The notes beneath the pieces are model-generated. The model had not been told where the DNA came from and did no database searches. It saw only the letters and a program-made list of their open reading frames with translations. The translations under genes and the position numbers were made by a program. Shown here piece by piece: positions 62,154-64,000 of a DNA stretch of 64,000 nucleotides; within the stretch, counting starts at the first letter, position 1, and each line of letters opens with the position of its first letter. Source of the stretch: Promethearchaeota archaeon Loki_b32 (GTDB lineage: Archaea > Asgardarchaeota > Lokiarchaeia > Sigyniarchaeales > SOKP01); assembly GCA_005223125.1 (NCBI GenBank), contig NJBH01000001.1, positions 64,001-128,000 on the forward strand. The letters are read 5' to 3'.

Positions 62154-63026
62154 ATGCAACTATTTAACATTAGTGATAAGGGAGAATTAATAAAGATAGA
62201 TAAGTTAAATTTTGAGGAAGATGATGTTTATCTTGTTGACGATGGGGAAAAGAATACGATTTATATTTGGGTTGGATTGAAAGTACCTCAGAATAAAAAA
62301 GACATTACTGCCGACATTGCAAGAAAATTGGATAAAGAACGAGGTGGATCTGCTAAAATTCTCATAATGAAACAAAAAAGAGAATATGGTTCTTTTTTAG
62401 CGATGATGCATGATCTTAAAAAGGGATTGATACCGGGTAAAACTATTGAACGAAGACCAGAATTCGTGTTTGAAATACCTCCCGAAAGTATCAAATCTAT
62501 AGGACTTGATGGAACTCCAGAAGAGAGAGAAATCAAGATTGAAACAAGAATAGGACAATGGCTTCAGCAAATTAAAGATTATAGAAGGGTTGAACCACAA
62601 AAAAAACTGCAAGAAACTTCAGATGCTGTAAAATTCATTAAGTTTAAAGAATCTCCAGATAAAGTAGAAGTAAATGGTAAATCAGAATTAGAAGCACGGT
62701 TAAAACAAACTGAAGAACGTAGAAAACTTGAACCTGAAGTTGTAGAGTTAAAGCCAGAAGAGCCTGACTTAAAAACACAAGTCAAAGAAACTGCATATTA
62801 CTTATCACTGGATAGATACTCATACAATGAATTGTGTTGGATGTTGGCTGAAAAAATCCAGAAAATGAACATTGATATGCCATCAATCGCAGATATAAAA
62901 AAAAAAGCGGAAGAAGTCTTCAATTCAAGCTGTACATATGATGAACTCTGTTGGTTAAATGCAGAAATGGATATATTGATCGAAAAAAGCTTTCTCGAAA
63001 AGGAAAAGAAGGAATTTAATTATTAA
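62154..63026 (+). CDS. Single gelsolin-domain protein with C-terminal duplicated helical motif
   Basis: DDVYLVD...IYIWVG gelsolin motif; C-terminal YNELCWMLAE and YDELCWLNAE repeat. Confidence 0.8.
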   Translation: MQLFNISDKGELIKIDKLNFEEDDVYLVDDGEKNTIYIWVGLKVPQNKKDITADIARKLDKERGGSAKILIMKQKREYGSFLAMMHDLKKGLIPGKTIERRPEFVFEIPPESIKSIGLDGTPEEREIKIETRIGQWLQQIKDYRRVEPQKKLQETSDAVKFIKFKESPDKVEVNGKSELEARLKQTEERRKLEPEVVELKPEEPDLKTQVKETAYYLSLDRYSYNELCWMLAEKIQKMNIDMPSIADIKKKAEEVFNSSCTYDELCWLNAEMDILIEKSFLEKEKKEFNY

Positions 63027-63056
63027 AAAATATAAATTTAAAATTTTTGACTATTT

Positions 63057-63362
63057 TTATCCACAACAACTATTGTTTTGAGGATTTTTAGCAACATATC
63101 GTGCATTCCATAAACATCCACATCCTTTTTTCTCTTGTAAAACAATTGCCATTGTTGGACAATTTCGTTTGCAAGCAGAACATTCTGTACAGCGTTCTGC
63201 TTCATAAATTTCGTATGTTCCGCCATCATTTTGTATAGGGATTCCAAATGGGCATACCTCACCACATATCCCACACCCTGTGCATAAATCAGGATTGATG
63301 AAAATTTTAGGAATGACTACTGACATCCTTATTTCTGTGGTTTTTGACGCTATTTTTACCAC
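63057..63362 (-). CDS. hgcB: HgcB-like 2x[4Fe-4S] ferredoxin with C-terminal CC
   Basis: CTGCGICGEVCP, CTECSACKRNCP, GCGC and terminal SCCG; sits immediately downstream of the hgcA-like gene. Start codon uncertain. Confidence 0.72.
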   Translation of the reverse strand: MVKIASKTTEIRMSVVIPKIFINPDLCTGCGICGEVCPFGIPIQNDGGTYEIYEAERCTECSACKRNCPTMAIVLQEKKGCGCLWNARYVAKNPQNNSCCG

Positions 63363-63419
63363 CTCATTTTTATTCTCTTATTTAATAATAGTTTTTATTC
63401 TTATTTATTTTATTTTTTT

Positions 63420-64000
63420 CTAAAATATTAGGTAAAAAATAATACCTATAGCTAAGGTTATTAGGCTAATTATCAATACAATCATATTGATTTTACTAAA
63501 ACTGGGATATTCATCTTGGATTTCACTTGGACTTGTTGCCATAGTATATCCACTATATGACATTGTAGAGAAGAATGCTAACCAAAAGTAAAAGCAAGAG
63601 CTCAACAGAAGAAAGGGTATTGACCCATGAAAAAGCCAAGAAACACTACTTAATAGGAAAACATTAATAGTACCATAAATTAACCCTTTTGTAATAAATT
63701 TGCGAGTGAAATTAGTGATAGGAAAGATTACCATTATTATTGCATTTGTTATTATAATCCAGAGCCAGATCTCACCCACTAACCACAATTTGTTCATATC
63801 TATAGTGTTAAAGAGAGCTAAACCGAGTAAAATTAAAAATAATACAAAACTTGGCATTAAAAATATTTTTCGTATTAAAAAAGTTGTATGCGTTATTGCT
63901 GCTCTTAAACGATGAGAGGCAGTAAATTTTGCCAATTTCATTTTGTCGGTTTTTCTAGCAGGTCTTTCTTTTAAGAACTTGGGCAAATGTTTTGCCCATA
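63420..64000 (-). CDS. hgcA: HgcA-like corrinoid protein, C-terminal membrane part (5' end outside window)
   Basis: WAKHLPKFL...KTDKMKLAKFT..HRL resembles the HgcA linker RAxDIPxFL...T.EMR...F...ERL. TM helices follow, and MSYSGYTMATSPSEIQDE resembles NFTGxxxxTSxSGVxxE. Confidence 0.68.
   Translation of the reverse strand, partial: WAKHLPKFLKERPARKTDKMKLAKFTASHRLRAAITHTTFLIRKIFLMPSFVLFLILLGLALFNTIDMNKLWLVGEIWLWIIITNAIIMVIFPITNFTRKFITKGLIYGTINVFLLSSVSWLFHGSIPFLLLSSCFYFWLAFFSTMSYSGYTMATSPSEIQDEYPSFSKINMIVLIISLITLAIGIIFYLIF

Noticed and set aside
1-64000. CRISPR array, tRNA, rRNA or IS element
   Set aside because: No repeat-spacer array, cloverleaf, rRNA-like GC-rich block or transposase motif was seen by eye. 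A covariance-model search was not possible.
1398-64000. A single heavy-metal island linking the Cys-rich protein, thioredoxin, CC-tailed zinc ribbon and hgcAB
   Set aside because: The genes are spread over about 62 kb among unrelated functions, so only a thematic link exists.

Overview
AT-rich archaeal chromosomal window, most likely from an Asgard archaeon (Lokiarchaeia/Promethearchaeota). The assignment is inferred from Loki-CTERM-type surface proteins, a Rab-like small GTPase, longin/roadblock-like proteins, a gelsolin-domain protein and archaeal GGTGA-type ribosome binding sites. It holds about 60 CDS, mostly dispersed metabolic and accessory genes: fatty-acid activation and oxidation, iorAB, msrA/msrB, a nitroreductase, MFS transporters, two RNase J-like beta-CASP nucleases and an orphan N6-adenine methyltransferase, plus several decayed gene remnants. 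I found no rRNA, tRNA, CRISPR array or transposase. Most notable observations: (1) a branched-chain polyamine synthase (BpsA) fused to a C-terminal pyruvoyl SpeD-like decarboxylase; (2) an hgcA/hgcB-like mercury-methylation pair at the right edge; (3) a membrane-anchored surface protein with a tandemly expanded (X-Cys)n phytochelatin-like tract of 23 Cys in 53 aa; (4) an HTH + ARPP-1/DUF6569-like operon with a perfect palindromic operator; (5) two divergent large surface-protein genes, each broken by a single in-frame TAA; (6) several genes that appear to start at ATT/ATA, including a thioredoxin-like ORF missed by the ORF track; (7) a tiny zinc-ribbon protein ending in RRKRCC. All family assignments come from motif recognition by eye; no database search was run.
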